From positions 1 to 64,000 of the IMG/VR virus record IMGVR_UViG_3300044972_000601: DNA of 64,000 bases. One strand, written 5' to 3'. The notes beneath the pieces are model-generated. The model made no database searches and was not told where the DNA came from. It saw only the letters and a program-made list of their open reading frames with translations. The position numbers and the translations under genes are program-made. Source of the DNA: a virus. This document shows positions 1 to 7,749 of the stretch, one piece after another; position 1 is the first letter of the stretch, and each line of letters begins with the position of its first letter.

Positions 1-109
1 AATACCAAAAACTCCATACTCATCTGGATGCATCAACTTTTTTCGGTGTTGATCGGCTTCGTCAGCAGTTGAGAATCCTTTACTATAAGCCGTGAATAAT
101 GTGTTCATT

Positions 110-253
110 TTATTTCTTTCCAATCTTGGTTACTACTTCTACTTTGCTCAATTGCAGTTGATAAAGGAATCTACGGTATGTCCGCAATGCTGCAATGCTC
201 ATTGGATCTGTCTCACCTTCAAGTTCAGCAAGTTCTTTAATTCGTTCGTTCAT
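110..253 (-). CDS. Small protein starting with the MNERIKELAE family N-terminus, then diverging
   Basis: Manual translation; start overlaps the stop of the upstream HFGVEE gene (ATGA). Confidence 0.6.
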   Translation of the reverse strand: MNERIKELAELEGETDPMSIAALRTYRRFLYQLQLSKVEVVTKIGKK

Positions 254-453
254 TCTTCAACTCCGAAATGTTCAGCAACTTTGCTTGCAATTACCGTTGA
301 TTTAACTTTATGACCTTCATATTCAGTGTCAGTTCGATAACATACATCCATACATTCTCGCACAATCAACTGGGCGAACTTTTCCAAGTCAATGTTGTAT
401 TCTGAATAACGATGGTAGCATTGTTCAGCAAGTTGTTGAATTCGTTCGTTCAT
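250..453 (-). CDS. MNERI/HFGVEE-family mini-protein
   Basis: MNERIQQLAEQ...EKFAQLIVREC...HFGVEE; start reassigned to ATG at 453. Confidence 0.8.
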   Translation of the reverse strand: MNERIQQLAEQCYHRYSEYNIDLEKFAQLIVRECMDVCYRTDTEYEGHKVKSTVIASKVAEHFGVEE

Positions 454-569
454 AAAAACCACTCCATGTAAATCCAGGCCACAATGCAAGCAACATTGAA
501 CCATACAGCAAACAACACCATGTAGAGCATCACCTGAGCCCGCCGTCCTGCTTGTTCACCTTCGTTCAT
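450..569 (-). CDS. Small single-TM hypothetical protein
   Basis: MNEGEQ...VMLYMVLFAVWFNVACIVAWIY; ATGA-coupled to both neighbours. Confidence 0.55.
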   Translation of the reverse strand: MNEGEQAGRRAQVMLYMVLFAVWFNVACIVAWIYMEWFL

Positions 570-784
570 TCTTCAACTCCTAATGTTGCGGGATTATGAT
601 CTAGACGGTTACCGTTATCGTCTGAATAGAAGGTGGCATCATCGTCTGTTATTGTAACACACAAATCGCTATGAAGCAAGTCATAATCGGTGAACTCACC
701 CAAGTCTGTGTACACACGAAACTGGTACTTGTCCAGGGCTGTGTATATTAAATGGCCCTCTACTCCGTCTGCTGATAGTTTCAT
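566..784 (-). CDS. Hypothetical protein ending in the family LGVEE junction
   Basis: MKLSADGVEG...; start overlaps stop of 781..975. Confidence 0.7.
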   Translation of the reverse strand: MKLSADGVEGHLIYTALDKYQFRVYTDLGEFTDYDLLHSDLCVTITDDDATFYSDDNGNRLDHNPATLGVEE

Positions 785-975
785 TCTTGTGTCCTTTGTG
801 GGTAATAGTAATAACAATAAGGCCTGTTGGTGTTCCAATCTCCAGTCATGCCATCCAAATCCTGTAGGCTATCCACAGCGCGAGCTGTCATGCTGTCATG
901 CACAATCCATGGAGTGTCACGCCTTGCCCGCAGGTATTGCTTGAGATAGATCCGGCTTTGTTCCAGCCGATTCAT
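781..975 (-). CDS. Hypothetical protein
   Basis: Coupled ORF in the minus-strand operon. Confidence 0.55.
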   Translation of the reverse strand: MNRLEQSRIYLKQYLRARRDTPWIVHDSMTARAVDSLQDLDGMTGDWNTNRPYCYYYYPQRTQE

Positions 976-1063
976 TCTGTATCCGTTCTTTTATCTTCGT
1001 TGGAGCGATATGCCATAAAGAACACACCCACGACAAATCCCATTACTAATCCCCAAAAGAAAC

Positions 1064-1255
1064 TCATAGTTCAACTTTAATTTTATCTTTGGGAATCTGG
1101 TTATAGGGCATGTTGTGTTTGAGGCTCTCTTCCATGATATGAGCCAAGTCATCTTCAAATTTTGTATATCCGGGATTGGCTCGTAGTCGTTGCCAAAATG
1201 GACTATTGGTGTCATTGCTGAACACTTCCTTGATACTGGTTTTATATGCCTTCAT
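1064..1255 (-). CDS. Hypothetical protein (ends KVEL, like the family junction)
   Basis: ATGA overlap with 1252..1458. Confidence 0.65.
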   Translation of the reverse strand: MKAYKTSIKEVFSNDTNSPFWQRLRANPGYTKFEDDLAHIMEESLKHNMPYNQIPKDKIKVEL

Positions 1256-1458
1256 TCTTCAACTCCAAAACGGTCTTGAATTCTTTGTTCAATCTCATAG
1301 CATCTATCCAGCGCCCAGTCATCGGGTTCAGAAATGTTTCCTACATTATGTGCAATATCCATACATTCCCGAACAATCAACTCGGCGAACTTTTCTGTGT
1401 TAAACCCACATTCAGTTTCAGATTGTTTCATCAATTCTTTGAGCAGTTTATAGTTCAT
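1252..1458 (-). CDS. MNERI/HFGVEE-family mini-protein
   Basis: EKFAELIVREC...RFGVEE. Confidence 0.8.
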   Translation of the reverse strand: MNYKLLKELMKQSETECGFNTEKFAELIVRECMDIAHNVGNISEPDDWALDRCYEIEQRIQDRFGVEE

Positions 1459-1700
1459 TCTTCAACTCCGAAATGTTTTAAAATCTCTTCTGCCAATTCT
1501 CGCCTACCCCTATTGTAGTCAGATACGCCACCAACTACGACATTTTTATATTGTAATTTAACACATTCTTTGACAATCAGTTCGGCTAATCTATCAATCC
1601 GGCTAAGAAAAGCTGGGGCTGGTATGTTATAAAACCCCATGTCCTCGCCGTAGCTGACAAGCCCAGCTTCCTCAAGCAAGTCTTTAATTCGTTCGTTCAT
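1455..1700 (-). CDS. MNERI/HFGVEE-family mini-protein
   Basis: MNERIKDL...LAELIVKEC...HFGVEE. Confidence 0.85.
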   Translation of the reverse strand: MNERIKDLLEEAGLVSYGEDMGFYNIPAPAFLSRIDRLAELIVKECVKLQYKNVVVGGVSDYNRGRRELAEEILKHFGVEE

Positions 1701-1942
1701 TCTTCAACTCCGAAATGTTCTCGAATCTCATCACCCATGGTTCCGCCACCGTTTGATTTTTCACGCAGGATAAAATCCACTTTACCAGCACATTCCTTTA
1801 CAATCAACTCGGCAAACTTTTGGTCATTATCTCTCTGAAACGCATAGTGCGCTTCCGGGTAAGGTATTTTGTTTCCTTTAGCCCAGTCTGCTCTAACTTC
1901 TGCTCTAGCCTGTTCAGCAAGTTGTTTAATTCGTTTATTCAT
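1697..1942 (-). CDS. MNERI/HFGVEE-family mini-protein
   Basis: MNKRIKQLAEQA...KFAELIVKEC...HFGVEE. Confidence 0.85.
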   Translation of the reverse strand: MNKRIKQLAEQARAEVRADWAKGNKIPYPEAHYAFQRDNDQKFAELIVKECAGKVDFILREKSNGGGTMGDEIREHFGVEE

Positions 1943-2133
1943 TCTTCAACTCCGAAATGCTTCAACACTTCACCGCCAATATCTTGTTCATTTGTATCTT
2001 GTGCCCAACTAGCACGATTGGCGCATTCCCGCACAATCAACTCGGCGAACTTTGCTACATCTTCAAATGGGACTGTCCCTGTTCCGTCAAATAATTTTGC
2101 TTGGTAAGCAAGTTTTACAAATCGGTCGTTCAT
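1939..2133 (-). CDS. MNERI/HFGVEE-family mini-protein
   Basis: MNDRF...KFAELIVREC...HFGVEE. Confidence 0.85.
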   Translation of the reverse strand: MNDRFVKLAYQAKLFDGTGTVPFEDVAKFAELIVRECANRASWAQDTNEQDIGGEVLKHFGVEE

Positions 2134-2360
2134 AGTTCAACTCCAAAATGGTGTTTAATCTTTTTAACAGTGTCCTTGTCATGTTCCTTTAATGCCCGAA
2201 CTCTTTCGTTGGCAAATGGCTCATGTGGGTTTAGTATCATATACTTTTGATCCACAAACAATTCTGCACATTCCCGAACAATCAACTCGGCAAACTTTTT
2301 TGTCTCAATTGTAAGCTCTAATTCAGCCTCTGTGGCAAGTTCTCGAATTCGTTGGTTCAT
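2130..2360 (-). CDS. MNERI/HFGVEE-family mini-protein
   Basis: MNQRIRELA...KFAELIVREC...HFGVEL; start reassigned to 2360. Confidence 0.8.
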   Translation of the reverse strand: MNQRIRELATEAELELTIETKKFAELIVRECAELFVDQKYMILNPHEPFANERVRALKEHDKDTVKKIKHHFGVEL

Positions 2361-2473
2361 GTGCATACTCCAGTAGTTCGGTGTATGATAGTGTATTCGG
2401 GTATGGTGACCACACTGAGCAATACAATCCACAACAAGGTGGCTGTGATGATGCCCAAGCAGAACTGTTTCAT
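2357..2473 (-). CDS. Small membrane protein
   Basis: MKQFCLGIITATLLWIVLLSVV; ATGA-coupled on both sides. Confidence 0.55.
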   Translation of the reverse strand: MKQFCLGIITATLLWIVLLSVVTIPEYTIIHRTTGVCT

Positions 2474-2805
2474 GCCAATTCCAATTGCTTAACGTGTTTG
2501 CAAGCACCACGATAGGTGTAGCCTGGGCAGGTGCATGTGCCCGCTGATGTGTCCACAGTGTAGGTTTGACCTTTGCTGCCCTCAACTGACACCACGTGGC
2601 TGGCCACAACAGGTGTTTCAAATGGATTGGGCGAGACCACGTCAAACTTACGTGCTCGTCGATCAAAGCCTTTGATGGGCGATTTGAAGTAAAATGGCAC
2701 AGTAGTACCTGAGCGTATGTAAGCAATCAGTGTGTTGCCATCCAGCAGATAAGTGTGATTGGCAGTGTTACCTGGCCACGCAGTGGTTTCCAATAGGGCT
2801 TGCAT
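2470..2805 (-). CDS. SWIM zinc-finger protein
   Basis: C-terminal YTVD...CTCPGYTYRGACKH (CxC...CxH); first gene after promoter 2834-2862. Confidence 0.7.
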   Translation of the reverse strand: MQALLETTAWPGNTANHTYLLDGNTLIAYIRSGTTVPFYFKSPIKGFDRRARKFDVVSPNPFETPVVASHVVSVEGSKGQTYTVDTSAGTCTCPGYTYRGACKHVKQLELA

Positions 2806-2833
2806 AAAGAACTCATGTAGTTGGTATGTGATG

Positions 2834-2862
2834 ATTATAGCAGGTGTGGCCCGTGAAGTCAA
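2834..2862 (-). promoter_or_regulatory. sigma70-type early promoter driving the leftward operon
   Basis: TTGACT-17bp-TATAAT on the minus strand. Confidence 0.8.
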
Positions 2863-3013
2863 GGGTCAAGATTGCCAAACCCGAGAATCGGCTGCGAAAA
2901 AATTTTTGAGCATTCAGCGGCCAAAATACGGGAAAGCAATTCGAAACGCCGCCCGGTACAAGCGCGGTCGCCGTTTCTCTTGGTGATTCACAATTCCCAT
3001 GTTACAATATGGT

Positions 3014-3241
3014 ATGACTAAATGGATCACAATACTCACTGCCCTATCACTGCAAGGCTGTGCCACTGCATACACAGTGACCTCCACGGCCACATGGGTT
3101 GCAACTGGTAAAAGCGTAACGGATCATGTGACTAGTAAGCTCACATATGGTGATTGCGATGCAGTTCGTATGATAACAAAGCTAACTTACTACTGTGAAA
3201 TGACGGATCCAAGTAAGACATACAACCGTACGGGACTGTGA
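3014..3241 (+). CDS. Putative small lipoprotein
   Basis: MTKWITILTALSLQG-C lipobox-like signal. Confidence 0.55.
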   Translation: MTKWITILTALSLQGCATAYTVTSTATWVATGKSVTDHVTSKLTYGDCDAVRMITKLTYYCEMTDPSKTYNRTGL

Positions 3242-3297
3242 ACATAGCTACGCACAGGAGACCCCGCTGTTGATGTGTGCGTATACACGAGCAATGA

Positions 3298-3411
3298 CTA
3301 GTTTATATGTTTGATCAACACTAGTATAATGCCAACACCCAGCGTGCCTGCCAGCATGCGCAGTAACCATAACAGCACAGTCAGCAGTAGTTCGGTTAGT
3401 AGTTGATTCAT
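3298..3411 (-). CDS. Small hydrophobic protein
   Basis: MNQLLTELLLTVLLWLLRMLAGTLGVGIILVLIKHIN, lying between two repeat copies. Confidence 0.4.
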   Translation of the reverse strand: MNQLLTELLLTVLLWLLRMLAGTLGVGIILVLIKHIN

Positions 3412-3434
3412 AGTGTAGGAGACCCCGCTGTGCG

Positions 3435-3638
3435 TTATGTGTATATGTCTAGATTGGGTCTATGCACCAAATGGCAGTCTGCTAACATGGCTAGACTCAA
3501 TCGGTCTTCCCGTATGTAGAAGCGTATGCCCAGGGGCTGTGCTGAGTATGAGTAGCTACAGAATCCCAATTGATCCAGGGTGTCTGCATCCACAGTGTAT
3601 GAGTCGTAACAGTATAAGCGCATACTGTATATAGTCAA
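3435..3638 (-). CDS. Hypothetical protein
   Basis: ORF between repeat copies; true start uncertain. Confidence 0.45.
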   Translation of the reverse strand: MTIYSMRLYCYDSYTVDADTLDQLGFCSYSYSAQPLGIRFYIREDRLSLAMLADCHLVHRPNLDIYT

Positions 3639-4154
3639 ACCAGTACGTTAGGCCCCGCTGTGAGCTCTGCGTGTACAAGCTGTGTGCAGTTAGGCCCCGC
3701 TGTTGATGTGTGCGTGTATAGTGGTTAGGCGGAGATTTTAGAGAAATGTAGATAGAAGATTGGGATGATGGGAGTAACCATTAAAACTATGCCTCTCTGC
3801 CCCACCCGGGACCTCATCGCTAGACACCGTACGCCACGGTCCGGAACCCCACTCTTGATTCAAAACCCCAGAACCGTTGCACTTTATCACACTATTCTGC
3901 ACTTTTCCACATGTTTCTAACCTGGCAACCGCACTCGTTGCCCCTGTACGCTGGGTGGCGGTGAGTCTAGATGCACTTTAGTACGCATTCTTTATGTGTT
4001 GTGTCACATAATATAGTCAGTGAGTCCCTATATATGCTACTCAACACATATTTGCTGTACAGTGTATATACAGTAAGGCATGGTGTCTCACTAGATTAAC
4101 CAACTCAATAGTGCTGAACCATATAAGTACTATGTACACTGGAGGAACACTAAC

Positions 4155-4394
4155 ATGATTAACAGTCTAGCTCAAATACGTTTTCCAACTCATCAAGTCG
4201 TCATCAGTCGCAGTGATGATTACATACACATATTCAAGTATACAGACTCAGCATGTGCATATGAAGTATTCACTAGCAGTATAGCGGCAGGTGATTACTT
4301 ATTAATAGAACCGGACAGTCAGCATTATCGTGTGGTAATAGAAGGTGATGTTGCTTGGATGCCTATATATTGCAGGCCTTCACCTTTCCTATAA
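4155..4394 (+). CDS. Hypothetical protein
   Basis: GGAGGA SD upstream, TAAGTA late-like motif further upstream. Confidence 0.6.
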   Translation: MINSLAQIRFPTHQVVISRSDDYIHIFKYTDSACAYEVFTSSIAAGDYLLIEPDSQHYRVVIEGDVAWMPIYCRPSPFL

Positions 4395-4492
4395 TACATT
4401 AATTGTATTAAGGCGGTTCAAACCCGTATCAATTGTCATATAGAGGCGGGACCCAACCCGCCCAAACTCGTTTATCAACTCGTTTAATATTA

Positions 4493-4616
4493 TGTGGATA
4501 AGTCTGTGGATAACTTAGTTTAGGGGCAGTGTGAATAACCTGTGCATAACTTTATCCACAGCCCCTTAATCTCTCGCCCAAAAAGTTATCCACAGCTTAT
4601 ACATCAGTTATCCACA
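4493..4616. promoter_or_regulatory. Cluster of 7 DnaA boxes (TTATNCACA)
   Basis: Reverse boxes at 4493, 4505, 4530, 4541; forward boxes at 4552, 4586, 4608; 5 are perfect TTATCCACA. Confidence 0.85.
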
Positions 4617-4671
4617 GCCGAAAACGTGCGCAGCCCCGCCGTCCATCCCCACTATGTTCGAACATGAGTGT

Positions 4672-4774
4672 ATTATAACACGTTTTGGGCACAGTGTCAA
4701 ACGTGTTAGCAAAGACCCTGTTAGCAGTGTGGGTATTTTTTTGACTTGACGTTTTGGGCATTGTTTGCTATAAT
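4672..4774. promoter_or_regulatory. Divergent sigma70 promoter pair
   Basis: Minus: TTGACA-17-TATAAT (4700-4672); plus: TTGACG-17-TATAAT (4746-4774). Confidence 0.85.
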
Positions 4775-4779
4775 ACACT

Positions 4780-5103
4780 ATGATGAAAACAAAACGAACT
4801 GCCCGTAAAGACTGCAACTACGTTATCTACGTAGCCGAGCACAACGGCTCTGCTTACATTGGACTCACCCGTAAGGGCACTGTAAGCATCGCCAAAGCTG
4901 TCAAAGAACGGTGGCGTAAGCATATCAGCAGAGCCCGGCACGAGGACAGAGACTGGGAACTGTACAAGTACATCAAATCGGGCAACTGGGACGGATGGAC
5001 TCATACAGTACTAGACATCGTGCGTGGCCGTGCTGAAGCGTATGCATACGAGCGTGAGCTTGTAAAGCATATGGAACCCGAGCTGAATGACCAGTACCTT
5101 TGA
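4780..5103 (+). CDS. GIY-YIG family nuclease
   Basis: VIY...AYIGLT...RWRKH...E...PELN motif order. Confidence 0.75.
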   Translation: MMKTKRTARKDCNYVIYVAEHNGSAYIGLTRKGTVSIAKAVKERWRKHISRARHEDRDWELYKYIKSGNWDGWTHTVLDIVRGRAEAYAYERELVKHMEPELNDQYL

Positions 5104-5168
5104 AGGGTTATTGACACACTCTTCAAATGGTGCTATAATACATACTTAAACAACAAAGGAGCGAAACG

Positions 5169-5456
5169 ATGAAGTTTACACAAGCAACATGGCAAGAGGC
5201 AAACGGCACTAGCCTGCAGGGTTACATTAATGCAACTTACGCAGACTTGGTAGAGCGTTTTGGTGAGCCCGAATGTGGTGGTGACAAGACTACAGTGGAG
5301 TGGGTGCTGAAGTTTGCGGACGGCACTGTGGCCACTATCTATGATTGGAAACTTGACGAGACGCCCACTGACATGTATAATTGGCACATCGGCGGTAAAA
5401 ACAACACTGCTGTCACTCGCGTTACATCCACATTCAAGCAAGGAGCAACTGTATGA
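5169..5456 (+). CDS. Early hypothetical protein
   Basis: Own promoter plus GGAGCGAA SD. Confidence 0.8.
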   Translation: MKFTQATWQEANGTSLQGYINATYADLVERFGEPECGGDKTTVEWVLKFADGTVATIYDWKLDETPTDMYNWHIGGKNNTAVTRVTSTFKQGATV

Positions 5457-5734
5457 AACAGAATTACACCATGTACTGCTACAAGAAGGACCGCCGTTGC
5501 AAGACTGGCGAGAGACTGTTCTCCACCACAGTGTGGCAGGACCGCACACTGGAGGGATTGGAGCGGGAGATGCGTGACATGTCACGTGACCTATATCCGG
5601 GCACTGACTGGCGGTTTGAGTTCGTTCCCACAATGAAGACTGTGAAGAACTTGATGAGTGGCAAAGACATTCAAATCCCACACGACACACCTCGCTCGTG
5701 CGATCCGTCAAGCGAACTCTACTGGAGCATGTGA
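5453..5734 (+). CDS. Early hypothetical protein
   Basis: GGAGC SD, ATGA overlap. Confidence 0.75.
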   Translation: MKQNYTMYCYKKDRRCKTGERLFSTTVWQDRTLEGLEREMRDMSRDLYPGTDWRFEFVPTMKTVKNLMSGKDIQIPHDTPRSCDPSSELYWSM

Positions 5735-5898
5735 TGAAGAACGAGATTGAACGCTTGAACTTTGTCATTTGGGCAAAGACTCGTTTCCCGGGCTTTACCA
5801 CCAATCATGTACAGTATACCAAGGCCAATCGGGCATGGCGGGCTGTGGCACGTAAAGACCCTATGGTTGACAAGGTTATTAGATCCTGCTATAATTAA
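5734..5898 (+). CDS. Early hypothetical protein
   Basis: MKNEIERLNF; coupled start. Confidence 0.55.
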   Translation: MKNEIERLNFVIWAKTRFPGFTTNHVQYTKANRAWRAVARKDPMVDKVIRSCYN

Positions 5899-5929
5899 GG
5901 CTACAGTAAACAACTAAGGAGCGAAACTT

Positions 5930-6130
5930 ATGCGTACACAGACAACCCGACTGCTAGAGATGATGGACGAAGGTCTTATCTCAGCCCAAGCCATTGCTGA
6001 GATGGCTCTGGCCTACATGAGCGAAGACGATGTGGCAGACATGATGAGGGCCAATGACATCCTGGAGGAAGAGGATGATGGGCAACCCAGCGAATCCCAG
6101 GAGTGGGAATCGTTTGACGCAGACTGCTAA
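5930..6130 (+). CDS. Early acidic hypothetical protein
   Basis: Promoter plus GGAGCGAA SD. Confidence 0.8.
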   Translation: MRTQTTRLLEMMDEGLISAQAIAEMALAYMSEDDVADMMRANDILEEEDDGQPSESQEWESFDADC

Positions 6131-6140
6131 GGAGCACACT

Positions 6141-6515
6141 ATGACACGCTATTACGACGAACTGGCCGTTTACGAACGCAACGGATTTGATATCATTGTG
6201 GACAAATCATATGAAGACCTGGATCCCAAAGACTGTTTTGATGACGACTGCTTCAACATCAAAGAAATGTATTCCGACATCGAGTGCGGGAACCTTGACT
6301 GGTTCATGCTCCGTGTCCGAGTTATGGTTGAGAACATCGAACTCAGCTCGGAGTTCTTGGGCGGATGCTTATACAAAGACGCCCGCGAAGTCCTTACAGA
6401 CGGCACGGCAGAAGACCTCATCGACATGGCTCTGACTGAAGCCAAGAAGGATGTCTACAGGCTGTACAAGAAGTTCCAGGACATCAGCTGGGAACTTGAC
6501 GCACAATCGGTTTGA
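6141..6515 (+). CDS. Early hypothetical protein
   Basis: AAGGAG SD before ATG 6141. Confidence 0.75.
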   Translation: MTRYYDELAVYERNGFDIIVDKSYEDLDPKDCFDDDCFNIKEMYSDIECGNLDWFMLRVRVMVENIELSSEFLGGCLYKDAREVLTDGTAEDLIDMALTEAKKDVYRLYKKFQDISWELDAQSV

Positions 6516-6552
6516 TGCTATAATAAACACTTAAACACACACAGGAGCGAAG

Positions 6553-6888
6553 ATGCTAACCATTCAACAAGTGAATTCAGCTATCATGTTGCAGACATGG
6601 ACCAATGAGCAACTGACCAGCATGATTGATGCAGTCAAGTGGAATCGGGCTACATTGGCCAAGATCACCAAACGTAGCCTCAGCATTGGTGACAACGTGA
6701 ACTTCACATCCAGCAAGACTGGTGTGAATGTAACGGGTGTAGTGACTAAGATTGCCATCAAGTATGTCACGGTGAAGACTGTGCAGGGCTTGTGGAGAGT
6801 GCCAGCCAACATGCTGGAGAAGGTTGAAGAGGAGTGGACTCCGGACAATGCAGACTTCAACGACAGAGGTTCACGTCATCACTATTGA
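6553..6888 (+). CDS. Early hypothetical protein (SH3-like C-terminal pattern)
   Basis: Promoter plus GGAGCGAA SD; IGDNV...GVVTKI...WRVP. Confidence 0.75.
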   Translation: MLTIQQVNSAIMLQTWTNEQLTSMIDAVKWNRATLAKITKRSLSIGDNVNFTSSKTGVNVTGVVTKIAIKYVTVKTVQGLWRVPANMLEKVEEEWTPDNADFNDRGSRHHY

Positions 6889-6928
6889 TTGACAAGGATA
6901 GGTTCATGTGCTATAATAAGCACATGAA

Positions 6929-7143
6929 CAGTTAGATAAGAGTTAAAGGTTACCCACACCGTTAGGCACTGTAAGACGCGAGCACAGAGGGCACTCTACG
7001 CAATCTTACAGTGTATGAAATAGGAGCAAAAGCTCTGGAGATGCGGCGGAGCATGTGGGAAGTAATGACCGTCAAGGCCCGTGAGAGATGCGCTTACAGG
7101 TAGACATAGATTGACAATGGTTCCTTTAGTTCTTTTCTAACTG
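6929..7143 (+). ncRNA. Candidate ~215-nt multi-stem structured RNA
   Basis: 21-bp closing stem 6929-6949/7123-7143 with nested helices; own promoter; followed by tRNA. Confidence 0.65.
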
Positions 7144-7149
7144 AGATTT

Positions 7150-7224
7150 GCCGAGGTAGTCCTCTGGGAGGGCAACGGATTGTCTATCCGACCTAGGCGG
7201 GTTCGATCCCCGTCCTCGGCGCCA
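7150..7224 (+). tRNA. tRNA-Asp (GTC)
   Basis: GCCGAGG/CCTCGGC acceptor stem, TTCGA T-loop, encoded CCA. Confidence 0.85.
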
Positions 7225-7389
7225 TTCAAGGCATTCAGGTAGTCCCTGATGTAAGCCCAATCCATGAACTGTTGTTTTTTCACAACACCCAAAAAAAGAC
7301 CTGGTTGACATCAGGGTCTTTGCACAAGCTGTTGACGTTTTGGTGGAAGTACGCTATAATACATGCATACACACTAAAAAGGACACACA

Positions 7390-7644
7390 ATGCTTACACA
7401 ATGCATAGCAAAAGCAAAATTAGTTTTTAACAAAAAACTCAAAACTTATAAACTTGTTGTAGCGTTTAACGCACACAAAACAATCAAGCCAAACGGGGAC
7501 GTAAAATACAGCTTCCCTACGCAAGCAAAATGCAATTATGTAAGCGGAGATTTGCTTGCAGACAATTTGCAAAACGAGCTTGCAACTGTACTGCCTACAG
7601 TTTATGCAACATTACGCACAAACAGCGTAGAGTTTGTAGATTAA
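7390..7644 (+). CDS. Early hypothetical protein
   Basis: Promoter 7332, AAGGA SD. Confidence 0.75.
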   Translation: MLTQCIAKAKLVFNKKLKTYKLVVAFNAHKTIKPNGDVKYSFPTQAKCNYVSGDLLADNLQNELATVLPTVYATLRTNSVEFVD

Positions 7645-7749
7645 TACTAAAGTTAATGACCTTACCAGCTGTAGGGTTATTACAGCGCATTTGACATTTT
7701 AGCCAAAATGCGCTATAATAACAACTTAGCAACAAAGAAAGTAACAAAA

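Larger units (their letters stand above)
3262..3715. repeat. Four CCCCGCTGT direct repeats (3262, 3423, 3653, 3695)
   Basis: Copies 1 and 4 share 21 bp CCCCGCTGTTGATGTGTGCGT. Confidence 0.75.

Noticed and set aside
241-2360. CRISPR-array interpretation of the recurring ~30-bp anchors
   Set aside because: The repeats are in-frame coding sequence, degenerate, and spaced ~190-250 bp apart; no cas genes are present.
2130-2726. 198-aa ORF as called in the track
   Set aside because: The upstream part overlaps the SWIM gene and 2357..2473 in other frames; the family start is at 2360.
3262-3715. Mini-CRISPR array
   Set aside because: The core is only 9-21 bp and spacing is irregular (161, 230, 42 bp).
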